Assembly: GCA_964449585.1 (NCBI GenBank)
Contig: CAYUZE010000001.1
Coordinates: 140,142 to 204,141 of the forward strand
From: an uncultured Gammaproteobacteria bacterium
GTDB lineage: Bacteria > Patescibacteriota > Microgenomatia > UBA10105 > UBA927
Length of the DNA stretch: 64,000 nt
Reading direction: 5' to 3'
Shown: positions 9,210-18,331 of the stretch, piece after piece
Layout of the letters: each line of letters starts with the position of its first letter
Position numbering within the stretch: position 1 is the first letter of the stretch
The notes under the pieces: model-generated
Databases searched by the model: none
Told to the model about the DNA's origin: nothing
Seen by the model: only the letters and a program-made list of their open reading frames with translations
Made by a program: the position numbers and the translations under genes

Positions 9210-12182
9210 ATGGCGGATAAAACATTTATTTTAAATTCTCCCTATAATGAACCGCTTTTCCATTTTAAGTCTGATGACCGCGGTTTAACGCCTGAAATAA
9301 ACGAGTTTCGTCGTCCAAGTAGCTTCTACATCCCAGTTCCTAAGGCCAAAAGTAAGAATAAGCAGATGGAGCTCAATATAGCTGAAGGTGCATATGGAAG
9401 CGAGATCCAACGCGACAACGTATTCATCAATCGCATACGAGAAAAATTATCGGAATGGCGAAAACAGAATTATCCTGGGCTGACAAAGACATCACGAGAC
9501 TTACTATTTTACTGGAACGATGAGAGTAGAACGAACAAGTTATTTTTTTGTCAGATTGAAGCGCTTGAGACTCTCATGTATGTCACAGAAGTGGCAGAAA
9601 AATCCGGTGAGGGATGGATTATAAATGAGCTTCGACAAAAGAATACAGAGGCAAACCCCGGCCTTTATCGTATGGCGTTTAAAATGGCTACTGGCTCGGG
9701 CAAAACAGTTGTAATGGCAATGATGATTGCCTACAACACTCTAAATAAAATTCGTTATCCAATGGATACGCGATTTACGGATGCGTTTGTGGTTGTTACT
9801 CCGGGAATTACGATTCGGGATCGATTAAACGTGCTTCTTCCTAATGATCCTCACAATTACTATCAACAGCGAGACATTGTTTCCTATCAGGATTTTGAAC
9901 TCCTTCAACAAGCAGTTGTTCACATTGTGAATTTTCAGCAGCTTGAACTCCGACAAAACCCTCGATATCAAATGGGAGGAGTGCTTAAAGCTTCAGGACT
10001 AATAAATGAAGCGGCCATTAAAGAAACACCTAGCGCTATGGTAAATCGAGTATTTAAGAGTTTACTTGGTAAGCCAAGAGTGCTTGTTCTTAATGATGAG
10101 GCACATCACTGCTATCGAGAGAAACCTATGGAGGCAAAATTAACTGGTGATGATCGAGAAGAAGCGGATAAGAATAATAAAGCTGCGCGGGTATGGATTA
10201 GCGGATTAGAAGCATTGTCGCAAAAAATGAATGTAAACGCCATTATAGATCTTTCAGCCACTCCATATTTTCTTCGCGGATCAGGCTATCCGGAAGGAGA
10301 ATTATTTCCATGGGTGGTGTCCGATTTTTCACTTCTTGATGCGCTTGAATGCGGGATAGTAAAGATTCCTCGGTTGCCAGTGTCTGCCGACAACATCACA
10401 GAAAATGATGAGCCGGAGTTTAGAAATCTTTGGCTCCACGTACGAGATGATCTTCCGAAGAAAGGTATTAAAACAGGAGGCTATGATTTAACAGTTTTAG
10501 TGTTGCCTACTAAATTGAGTGAAGCTTTGTTATCTCTTTATCGCAGTTATGAGGCGTATCACAAGGCGTATGAAGAAGCAAAGCAAAACAATCCTGGTGT
10601 TATGCCGCCGGTTATGATCGTGGTTTGTAATAATACGACTGTTTCCGAGCTTGTATATCGCTGGATTGCTGGTTACGAACGGGAATTACCAACTGGAAAA
10701 GTTTCGATTGAAAAAGGAAATCTGGATATTTTCCGAAACGAAGATGGGGTAAATTTTCTCGATAAACCGAATACGTTAATTATTGATAGCGAGCAGTTGG
10801 AGAGTGGTGAAAAGATTGACGAGAATTTTAAACGAATCTTCTCTAAAGAAATAGACGATTTTCATAAAGAGTACAAAAAAAGATTTCCCGGACGTGACGA
10901 TCCAACAGACGAAGAGTTGTTGCGCGAGGTTATGAACACTGTAGGGAAACCCGGTAAATTGGGAGAAAACATTAAGTGTGTAGTGAGCGTTTCGATGCTA
11001 ACTGAGGGATGGGATGTAAATACTGTTACACATATTCTTGGGATACGTGCATTTTCTACTCAGCTTTTGTGCGAACAAGTCGTTGGTCGTGCGTTACGAC
11101 GAATTGATTACACAACGGATGAAGAGACTGGATTAATGCGAGAAGAATATGCAGAGGTATATGGTGTACCGTTTAATTTCTTACGAGTTGAAGGCAACCC
11201 CAGCCCACAACCACCAAAAGTTATTCATCGTGTCCATTCCCTCGATGATCGAGAACAGTATCAAATAACATTTCCTAGGGTTCAGGGATATCGTTTTGAG
11301 CTGAATGAAGAAACATTAGCTGCTCACTTTACTGATGATTCCCGAACAATTATTGAGAATGAGCCTACGCAGATAACACTTGGAGGAATGATAGGTGAAG
11401 AGACCACCGAAAATATGGAAAAAATTAAAGAACGTCGGCAAGGTGAAGTTGTTACTCGTCTATCTGAGGCATTATTGAAAAGATACTATACTTCAGCCGA
11501 CGGGCAAGTAAAATATTGGTTATTCCCCCAAATTAAACGAATTGTAGAGGAATATGTGACTAAATATGTCGTGCTTAAAGACAAAATGGTTATTGGATAT
11601 CTGAGTGTAGGCGAGTACTTCTCCGGTGCGTTAACTAAGATTCAACAGGCAATTATCGCAGAAAATATTTCTCGAACCGACGAGAAAAAGATTTTACCAA
11701 TATTAGCACCATACGACTCTGAAGGATCAACCAGATACGTCGATTTCCTTACGACCAAAGAAGTGCGAGAAACAGTAAAAAGCCATATAAATTATGTGGT
11801 AGCTGACACAGAAGAATGGGAGCAGGGAGTTGCAAAAAAACTTGAAGAGATGCCGGAGGTATTGGCGTACGTTAAGAATCAAAATTTGGGATTTTCAATC
11901 CCATACGAATATGAAGGGATAAGTCGACAATACATAACTGATTTTATCGTAAAGCTGGAGATGCCTGATGAATCTATTCTTAACTTGCTTATTGAAGTTA
12001 CCGGCCTTAAAAGAGATAAAAAGGCAGTTAAGGTGAAGACCGCGAAAGAATTATGGATTCCAGCAGTAAATAATGCCGAACGATTTGGTAAATGGGCAAT
12101 TATTGAAATTCAGGATATCCATGAAACACAGCAGCTCATTCGAGCTGGTATGACACAAGGCTTTGTAAACGAGGTAAACTAG
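9210..12182 (+). CDS. res: Type III restriction-modification system, restriction (Res) subunit, SF2 helicase-nuclease
   Basis: Walker A MATGSGKT, DEAH box LNDEAHH, about 990 aa; followed 5 nt later by the mod gene. Confidence 0.85.
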   Translation: MADKTFILNSPYNEPLFHFKSDDRGLTPEINEFRRPSSFYIPVPKAKSKNKQMELNIAEGAYGSEIQRDNVFINRIREKLSEWRKQNYPGLTKTSRDLLFYWNDESRTNKLFFCQIEALETLMYVTEVAEKSGEGWIINELRQKNTEANPGLYRMAFKMATGSGKTVVMAMMIAYNTLNKIRYPMDTRFTDAFVVVTPGITIRDRLNVLLPNDPHNYYQQRDIVSYQDFELLQQAVVHIVNFQQLELRQNPRYQMGGVLKASGLINEAAIKETPSAMVNRVFKSLLGKPRVLVLNDEAHHCYREKPMEAKLTGDDREEADKNNKAARVWISGLEALSQKMNVNAIIDLSATPYFLRGSGYPEGELFPWVVSDFSLLDALECGIVKIPRLPVSADNITENDEPEFRNLWLHVRDDLPKKGIKTGGYDLTVLVLPTKLSEALLSLYRSYEAYHKAYEEAKQNNPGVMPPVMIVVCNNTTVSELVYRWIAGYERELPTGKVSIEKGNLDIFRNEDGVNFLDKPNTLIIDSEQLESGEKIDENFKRIFSKEIDDFHKEYKKRFPGRDDPTDEELLREVMNTVGKPGKLGENIKCVVSVSMLTEGWDVNTVTHILGIRAFSTQLLCEQVVGRALRRIDYTTDEETGLMREEYAEVYGVPFNFLRVEGNPSPQPPKVIHRVHSLDDREQYQITFPRVQGYRFELNEETLAAHFTDDSRTIIENEPTQITLGGMIGEETTENMEKIKERRQGEVVTRLSEALLKRYYTSADGQVKYWLFPQIKRIVEEYVTKYVVLKDKMVIGYLSVGEYFSGALTKIQQAIIAENISRTDEKKILPILAPYDSEGSTRYVDFLTTKEVRETVKSHINYVVADTEEWEQGVAKKLEEMPEVLAYVKNQNLGFSIPYEYEGISRQYITDFIVKLEMPDESILNLLIEVTGLKRDKKAVKVKTAKELWIPAVNNAERFGKWAIIEIQDIHETQQLIRAGMTQGFVNEVN

Positions 12183-12187
12183 TCATT

Positions 12188-14653
12188 ATGAGGAAAACCA
12201 AAATTAAGGCACCAACAGACGCCGCCCCAGTAACGTCGTATAAACACAAAGATACCCGCGTACGCATTCCCACGCAAGAAGAATCACAGGCACTTGCTCC
12301 TCGTGAGAAGCGCCCAGTAAAGAAGATTTACGAATATGATCCATCGCTCGATCCCCAATTAACTTGGGCGGGTAAGAGGGAGCAGGGATCACAATTTGGT
12401 GTTTCTACGGTTCCCATTTACCAACAGGAAAAGATAGCCCCAGAAGCCATTATCGCTCGACTTAAGCAAGGAGCAGCGCTTGATACACAATTAACATTCT
12501 TGGGTACGACAGCAACAGAGCAATTCGAGAAAGCAGTTTCCTTTTATGAGCACGAGGATAACTGGCAAAACAGGATGATTCTTGGTGATAGTTTATTGGT
12601 AATGAATAGCTTACTTGAGAAAGAACGAATGCGAGGGAAAGTGCAGACTATTTATATTGATCCTCCTTACGGGATTAAATTTGGATCAAATTGGCAAGTA
12701 AGTACTAGAAAAAGAGAAGTAAAAGAAAATAGAACTGAAGATTTTATAAGACAACCTGAACAAGTTAAAGCTTTCCGTGATACTTGGGAGCTTGGGATCC
12801 ACTCTTATTTATCCTATTTGCGAGATAGATTAACCCTTTCTAGGGAGCTATTAACGGAGAGCGGATCGTGTTTTGTGCAAATTAACGATGAAAACTTGCA
12901 TTTAGTTAGGTGTCTTATGGATGAGGTCTTCGGCACCGATAATTTCATCAGCGTAATTACTTTTACAAAAACTAGTGGTTTTTCATCAGGTTATGTAGAT
13001 TCTATATCTGATTACATTATTTGGTATGCAAAAGATAAATCTTTGACTAAATTTAGAAAATTATTTCGAAATAAAAAAATTGAAACCGATCCAAACTACA
13101 AATATATTGAGATGGCAAATGGCGAAAGAAGATTAATGTCAAAGGAAGAACGAAACGGAACAAAATCGTTGCCTGAGGGGTCAAAAATATACCGATTAAG
13201 CGATATTACTTCACAAGGTGCAGCTAAGGTATCTCAGGAATATATATTTAATGGGAAAAAATATGTACCTGGTGCCGGGGGACACTGGAAGGCAAATTAT
13301 CCGAATGGAATGGATAAATTGGCCAAATTAAAGCGCATCGAAACAACAGGTAATAATCTTGCCTATGTTCGTTATGCGGATGATTTTCCAGCTATTCCTA
13401 TCACCAATAACTGGACAGATACTAACATTGGTTTCGGTACTGACAAAATTTATGTTGTTCAAACGTTAAATACGGTTATTGAGCGCTGCATATTAATGAC
13501 AACTGATCCAGGTGACATTGTTTTAGATCCAACTTGTGGATCTGGTACGACCGCATATGTTGCAGAACAGTGGGGACGAAGATGGATTACAATAGATACT
13601 TCCAGAGTTTCATTAGCACTCGCGCGGACGCGCTTAATGACAGCAAAATATCCTTATTACCTTCTCAAAGATGAAAACATACGTAATGGATTTGTGTACA
13701 AATCAGTTCCACACATAACTCTTAAATCTCTTGCAAATGATGAGCCAGCCGAACAGGAGATTCTATATGACCAGCCTATCCTAAACAACGATATTATTAG
13801 GGTTGCCGGTCCATTTACAGTTGAGAGTTTATCGCCTCACAGAGTATCAGATGCACAGGAGATGGTTTCATCAGAAAATTTTGTGGAAACAGTTGTTTCT
13901 AATCTGTTGAAATCTGGTGTGCAAACGGGTAAACGTGAAGAGCGAATGGAATTTGTGAATCTGGATATCCTTCCAAGCGGTCCTGAGGTTCAAGCTGTAG
14001 GAGAATATAAATCCGCAGATGGATTAAGGAAGGTCGCAGTTTCTATTGGTCCTGAATTCGGCAGTATAGATGACGATTTTATACGCGATGCGGCGAGTGT
14101 GGCAAAGCGATTTGCTAGTTTGTTGGTTGTTGCTGGAACTTCTTTTGAAGCATCAGCATTTTCCGAACCATCCGACGTAAATGGATTGAGAGTCATGAAG
14201 GTCAAAATAAATCCAGACCTATCCATGGGCGATCTTTTGAAAAAGACAGGATCTGGAAATTTATTTCTCGCGTTTGGAGATCCAGATGTTCAAATGCGAC
14301 AAAGCAAAGAGGGGTATGTAGTTGAGGTTATTGGTGTGGATGTGTACGATCCCGTAAAAAGTGAAATTCGATCCAGCGGTTCGGGAGATCCAGATCATGA
14401 TATTGCAGCATGGTTTATTGACACGAATTATGATGGGCGAGCGTTCTTTGTCACTCAAGCATACTTCCCGGGTGGGAATAATCCTTTTGAAAAACTAAAG
14501 AAAGCACTCAAAGCGGATATTAACGAAGAAGTGTGGGATTCACTAAACTCCACAGTTTCACGTCCGTTCGCAAAACCATCAACAGGGAAAGTAGCAGTAA
14601 AAGTGATTAATCATTACGGCGATGAGGCGATGAGAGTTATAGATATAAAGTAA
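12188..14653 (+). CDS. mod: Type III R-M methyltransferase (Mod) subunit, N6-adenine beta class, 821 aa
   Basis: Motif IV IYIDPPYG preceded by GDSLLVMNSL; motif I DPTCGSGTTAYVA; long C-terminal target-recognition region. Confidence 0.85.
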   Translation: MRKTKIKAPTDAAPVTSYKHKDTRVRIPTQEESQALAPREKRPVKKIYEYDPSLDPQLTWAGKREQGSQFGVSTVPIYQQEKIAPEAIIARLKQGAALDTQLTFLGTTATEQFEKAVSFYEHEDNWQNRMILGDSLLVMNSLLEKERMRGKVQTIYIDPPYGIKFGSNWQVSTRKREVKENRTEDFIRQPEQVKAFRDTWELGIHSYLSYLRDRLTLSRELLTESGSCFVQINDENLHLVRCLMDEVFGTDNFISVITFTKTSGFSSGYVDSISDYIIWYAKDKSLTKFRKLFRNKKIETDPNYKYIEMANGERRLMSKEERNGTKSLPEGSKIYRLSDITSQGAAKVSQEYIFNGKKYVPGAGGHWKANYPNGMDKLAKLKRIETTGNNLAYVRYADDFPAIPITNNWTDTNIGFGTDKIYVVQTLNTVIERCILMTTDPGDIVLDPTCGSGTTAYVAEQWGRRWITIDTSRVSLALARTRLMTAKYPYYLLKDENIRNGFVYKSVPHITLKSLANDEPAEQEILYDQPILNNDIIRVAGPFTVESLSPHRVSDAQEMVSSENFVETVVSNLLKSGVQTGKREERMEFVNLDILPSGPEVQAVGEYKSADGLRKVAVSIGPEFGSIDDDFIRDAASVAKRFASLLVVAGTSFEASAFSEPSDVNGLRVMKVKINPDLSMGDLLKKTGSGNLFLAFGDPDVQMRQSKEGYVVEVIGVDVYDPVKSEIRSSGSGDPDHDIAAWFIDTNYDGRAFFVTQAYFPGGNNPFEKLKKALKADINEEVWDSLNSTVSRPFAKPSTGKVAVKVINHYGDEAMRVIDIK

Positions 14654-14655
14654 TG

Positions 14656-15267
14656 TTATTGAAGTTTGCCGATAACTTTCCCCTGGATCTGAAAATTATT
14701 TCCAATAAATGGTTTAAAACTGGAATCAGTACTCTGTGGTATGAGTAGACAAAAACCATCCATCATTTTAAATTTTTTAAGTGTTGCCTCACTTTCGTCA
14801 GCATTACATGCGACAACAACGTCACCATTGTTGGGAACTGATTGTGGTACGACGATAACGACGTCTCCAGGTAAATAGCCTGCCTTATCCATGCTATTTC
14901 CCTTAACTCGCAAGAGAAAGGCGTCTTTTCGACCATGAAGAAGAGAAAGTGGCACATCTCTCTGCTCTTCAATATTTTGTTCCGCGTAGGTTGGTGCCCC
15001 CGCTTGGATTTCGCCGACTAGGGGAATCTTTGTAGTTTTTTCGTTTTTGTCAATAATTTGGATTGCCCGCCTAGCGTGTTTATTGCGGCGAATATATCCA
15101 AGTCTTTCGAGCTTTTCGAGCTGGATAGTAACTCCACGAAGAGATTTTATGTCCGTTCCGTCGCGAATTTCGGGTATGGATGGGGCATATCCATTCCTTT
15201 GGTGATACTGGTTAACAAATTGGTAGACAGATGATACGCGACCTGAAAGGTGAGAATTGGTATCCAT
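14656..15267 (-). CDS. lexA: LexA repressor (S24 peptidase, SOS-type autocleaving repressor)
   Basis: Winged-helix N-terminus; Ala-Gly cleavage region IPLVGEIQAGAP; Ser motif VKGNSM; Lys in ATLKKF; C-terminal beta domain. Confidence 0.8.
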   Translation of the reverse strand: MDTNSHLSGRVSSVYQFVNQYHQRNGYAPSIPEIRDGTDIKSLRGVTIQLEKLERLGYIRRNKHARRAIQIIDKNEKTTKIPLVGEIQAGAPTYAEQNIEEQRDVPLSLLHGRKDAFLLRVKGNSMDKAGYLPGDVVIVVPQSVPNNGDVVVACNADESEATLKKFKMMDGFCLLIPQSTDSSFKPFIGNNFQIQGKVIGKLQ

Positions 15268-15330
15268 ATTTCTACTTATTGTATAATTCTACCAAACGGT
15301 GTATAAATATGCAAGTGGGTTGACTGACTG

Positions 15331-15354
15331 CCTCCGAACCCAGGAGGTTTTTTT
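15331..15354 (+). terminator. Intrinsic terminator-like hairpin CCTCC-GAACCCA-GGAGG followed by T7, in the lexA/15365 divergent region
   Basis: 5-bp GC stem, 7-nt loop, seven Ts; lies about 45 nt downstream of a TATAAT (15283-15288) and 10 nt upstream of the 15365 start. Confidence 0.4.
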
Positions 15355-15364
15355 GTAGAAAAAG

Positions 15365-15643
15365 GTGGTGATCAAGATGATATATGCAATTACATATGAT
15401 TTGAACAAAACAGGGCAGGATTATCCAGCCTTGTATCAAAAGATACAAAGTTTAGGAGAGACATTCCATGCGCTGCAGAATTTGTGGGTGTTAAGTACCA
15501 CATATAGCGGGGCAACTGTGCGCGATGAGATTCGTAAAGCGGTAGATGCGAATGATCATATATTTGTCGCACAGCTATACAAAGGCAGTTATTCAGCATG
15601 GATGCCGGTGACGGCGCATGACTGGTTGGAAGCGAGGTTATAA
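15365..15643 (+). CDS. Small hypothetical protein (92 aa); its pattern resembles the Cas2/VapD ferredoxin-like fold
   Basis: MIYAITYDL...GETFHALQNLWVL...DHIFVAQL aligns by eye with the Cas2 pattern M-L-V-YDV...GxRVQNSVFEC...DSLRIY; no Cas1 or CRISPR array nearby. Confidence 0.4.
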   Translation: MVIKMIYAITYDLNKTGQDYPALYQKIQSLGETFHALQNLWVLSTTYSGATVRDEIRKAVDANDHIFVAQLYKGSYSAWMPVTAHDWLEARL

Positions 15644-15645
15644 AT

Positions 15646-15885
15646 ATGACAAATTACAACGTTGTTAATAATCCGAACGGTGGTTGGGATGTAAAAAGAG
15701 ATGGTGCGGAGAGAGCAAGTGTGCACGCGGATACGCAAGGTGAGGCAGAATCTCAAGCGAAGGGTTTTGCTGGGAATTCAGGTGGTGGTGAGGTGCGTAT
15801 TCAAGGGAGAAACGGTCAGTTTCGTGACAGCGATACGGTTGCACCTGCACATGACCCATACCCGCCACGAGATAAAAAGCATTAA
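15646..15885 (+). CDS. DUF2188 domain protein
   Basis: VVNNPNGGWDVKRDGAERASVHADTQGEAESQAKGFAGNSGGGEVRIQGRNGQFRDSD matches the DUF2188 pattern (GGWxVK...S..H.TK.EA...A...A...G.E..IH..DG.I). Confidence 0.65.
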   Translation: MTNYNVVNNPNGGWDVKRDGAERASVHADTQGEAESQAKGFAGNSGGGEVRIQGRNGQFRDSDTVAPAHDPYPPRDKKH

Positions 15886-15897
15886 GGAAATGGTGAT

Positions 15898-16245
15898 ATG
15901 AAATCAACAATAAATACAGAAGGTAAAAGATATACCGTTGAAGTATTTATGATGAAACCTCTCGAAGGCGTCTATCGGTTCGGAGTTCAAATTTGGGGAG
16001 GCAGAGAAATATTCCCCTTCTCCATAAGGCTGCCCAAAAAGTTTATTGAAGATGAAATTGATGCAAATAATGATAAAGGATATTTGGAAAATCTCACAAT
16101 GAGAGTGGTGGTGGATCACCTAAAGGATATTCTTTCCCTCGATCGAAACGGTGTGATGGCAAATCTTATTTATTGGTTTAAGGATGCAAAGTATAAATAT
16201 GATGAGGAGGTGAAAGATGGAAATTCTTACAAAACCGCTCAATAG
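15898..16245 (+). CDS. Hypothetical protein (115 aa)
   Basis: ORF with AGGAAA-type ribosome-binding site; no family recognised. Confidence 0.4.
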   Translation: MKSTINTEGKRYTVEVFMMKPLEGVYRFGVQIWGGREIFPFSIRLPKKFIEDEIDANNDKGYLENLTMRVVVDHLKDILSLDRNGVMANLIYWFKDAKYKYDEEVKDGNSYKTAQ

Positions 16246-17524
16246 CTTCAGTTTCGATGATATCGTGTCTTTCCAAAAACAAAATCATGCCGAAGGCATT
16301 GAGTTAGATTATAAAAAAGTATTCCCTGATAAAGGATTGGCAAAGATTATCGCATCGTTTGCGAACACGAGAGGTGGGATGATAATTCTTGGAATAGAGG
16401 AAGATGAAAAAACTGGGTTACCCGTCAGCGCCAACGGCATTGTTCCTGATAAACATGATGACAGAGTATATCAGTACGTTGGAAATATTAATCCGATCCC
16501 AAAGGTTGTATGTCACACAACCAACGAGGTTCATGGTAAGGTATTTGTTTTGATCCGCGTATTTGAAGGCGATGAAACCCCATATTATGTTTATAACGAT
16601 TCAAATATATGGATAAGAACAGGGAATATAAGTAAGCCGATCGATATTGTTTCGCCAGAGGGCGCAGAGCTTCTATATAAGAAAAGTGAACGCGCAGAAA
16701 TTGGAAGGATACACAATTTAGACTCAGCTGAAGCCAATTTTCAGGCATTTATAAAGAGAGCGGAAAAACAACGAGTACGCGAGATCGAAATTGAAAAGGA
16801 GAACTACGAAATAAAGAAGGCTCACAATGAAGACGGGGATAGTTTTCCACCATTTAAATCCCAAATTTCTCAGTCGCCAGTCGGGAAGAATGTTTCGTTG
16901 TTAAAGATAATTGTGCAACCTTATTACCCACGTGGCGAATTTGTTCGTCCGTTGGATATTGAACCTATTATTGTTGACTCAAGAAGTCAAAATAACGTTT
17001 ATGAATTTCCAGCCAATAGAATGTACGAGTCTATTAAAGAGGGAATGATCTTTTTTGACTGGTCGCGACGTGATGGGGAAATACAATGTCAGCAAATATT
17101 TGCTAATGGGTTGGGATACAGCATCCATGACGTTTTACGTCCCATACCCGACGGACAATTGGTAACACACTTGGGTTGGTTTGCGGGAGAGCTTTATATA
17201 ACCTTGTCTGGAATGAGGAAGATATTAGAAAAATTTGGCTATCAGGGAGCGCTTATTGGTAAAGTGTCAATTGAAAACATAGAGGGTGTAATAATAAATC
17301 CAATAATAGAAAGAATGTTTCCTGGAGATACGAAGCCTTCCGTTTTTGCTCATCGAGCTTGGCCGTTAATACTCGATACAAGGATTTTATCCGAAACAGA
17401 CAAGCTTAGGGACTTTGTAACGGAATTGGTAAGGGATATTCACTGGGCGTTTGGCTATAAAGACGTTTCAAGGCAAATTTCAGCGAAATATCTAGTTGAT
17501 AAAGGGTATCTAAGAGAGACTTGA
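16217..17524 (+). CDS. Schlafen-like AlbA_2 (divergent AAA / putative DNA-binding) domain protein, 435 aa
   Basis: N-terminal FDDIVSFQKQNHAEGIELDYKKVFPDKGLAKIIASFANTRGGMIILGIEED matches the AlbA_2/Schlafen core; strong SD GAGGAGG; about 300-aa uncharacterised C-terminal region. Confidence 0.6.
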   Translation: MEILTKPLNSFSFDDIVSFQKQNHAEGIELDYKKVFPDKGLAKIIASFANTRGGMIILGIEEDEKTGLPVSANGIVPDKHDDRVYQYVGNINPIPKVVCHTTNEVHGKVFVLIRVFEGDETPYYVYNDSNIWIRTGNISKPIDIVSPEGAELLYKKSERAEIGRIHNLDSAEANFQAFIKRAEKQRVREIEIEKENYEIKKAHNEDGDSFPPFKSQISQSPVGKNVSLLKIIVQPYYPRGEFVRPLDIEPIIVDSRSQNNVYEFPANRMYESIKEGMIFFDWSRRDGEIQCQQIFANGLGYSIHDVLRPIPDGQLVTHLGWFAGELYITLSGMRKILEKFGYQGALIGKVSIENIEGVIINPIIERMFPGDTKPSVFAHRAWPLILDTRILSETDKLRDFVTELVRDIHWAFGYKDVSRQISAKYLVDKGYLRET

Positions 17525-17573
17525 GATTCGATGACTTTTGACTTAATAAACAAAAGGCTGTGTAATAGTTAGC

Positions 17574-18329
17574 ATGTCCCAATACTACAACCCAAATCGA
17601 ATTCGTAATCGATATGAAGCAGGCTCAGCAGATGCCTTCCGCTTGAGCCGGTCGAAGATTGACCTGTATATTAATTGTCCACGATGTTTCTATCTTGACC
17701 GCAAGCTCGGAGTGGGCCAGCCGCCGGGATATCCGTTTAACCTGAATTCAGCCGTCGATAAACTTCTGAAGAAAGAGTTCGACATTCATCGCGCCCACGG
17801 TACTAGGCACCCGCTCATGGAAAAATATGGCATAGATGCCGTGCCACTTGTGCACGAAAAGATAGAAGAATGGCGAGATTCATTGAGAGCCGGTATTACG
17901 CATAGGATAGATAGCACCAATGTTGTGATAACCGGAGGTGTGGACGATGTATGGGTAAATCCGGCTGGTGAGTACATTATCGTCGATTATAAATCCACAT
18001 CTAAAGACGCAGAGGTGACACTCGATGCCGATTGGCAAATCGGATACAAACGTCAGATGGAAATTTATCAGTGGTTATTCCGGAAGAATGGTTTCAAGGT
18101 CTCCTCAACCGGCTACTTTGTCTACTGTAATGGAAATACAGACAAAGAAGCATTTGACGCCAAGCTGGAATTTGATATCAAAATTATTCCGTATATTGGC
18201 GACGACTCATGGGTAGAAAAGACAATTTTAGAAGCCATAGAATGTCTCAAAGGCGAAGCGCTATCTGCGTCCGGAATAGATTGTGATTTTTGTAAGTATC
18301 GGAAAGCAGTAAAGCAATTTGAACAGTAA
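17574..18329 (+). CDS. Cas4-like PD-(D/E)XK nuclease with a 4Fe-4S cysteine cluster (RecB/DUF83 family)
   Basis: N-terminal CPRC and C-terminal C-x8-C-x2-C (CLKGEALSASGIDCDFC) cysteines; D...IVDYKST (D-x-K) nuclease motif. Confidence 0.7.
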   Translation: MSQYYNPNRIRNRYEAGSADAFRLSRSKIDLYINCPRCFYLDRKLGVGQPPGYPFNLNSAVDKLLKKEFDIHRAHGTRHPLMEKYGIDAVPLVHEKIEEWRDSLRAGITHRIDSTNVVITGGVDDVWVNPAGEYIIVDYKSTSKDAEVTLDADWQIGYKRQMEIYQWLFRKNGFKVSSTGYFVYCNGNTDKEAFDAKLEFDIKIIPYIGDDSWVEKTILEAIECLKGEALSASGIDCDFCKYRKAVKQFEQ

Positions 18330-18331
18330 AT

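Noticed and set aside
12204-14458. Short minus-strand ORFs inside the Type III mod gene
   Set aside because: They are embedded antisense in a high-confidence methyltransferase CDS, with no motifs.
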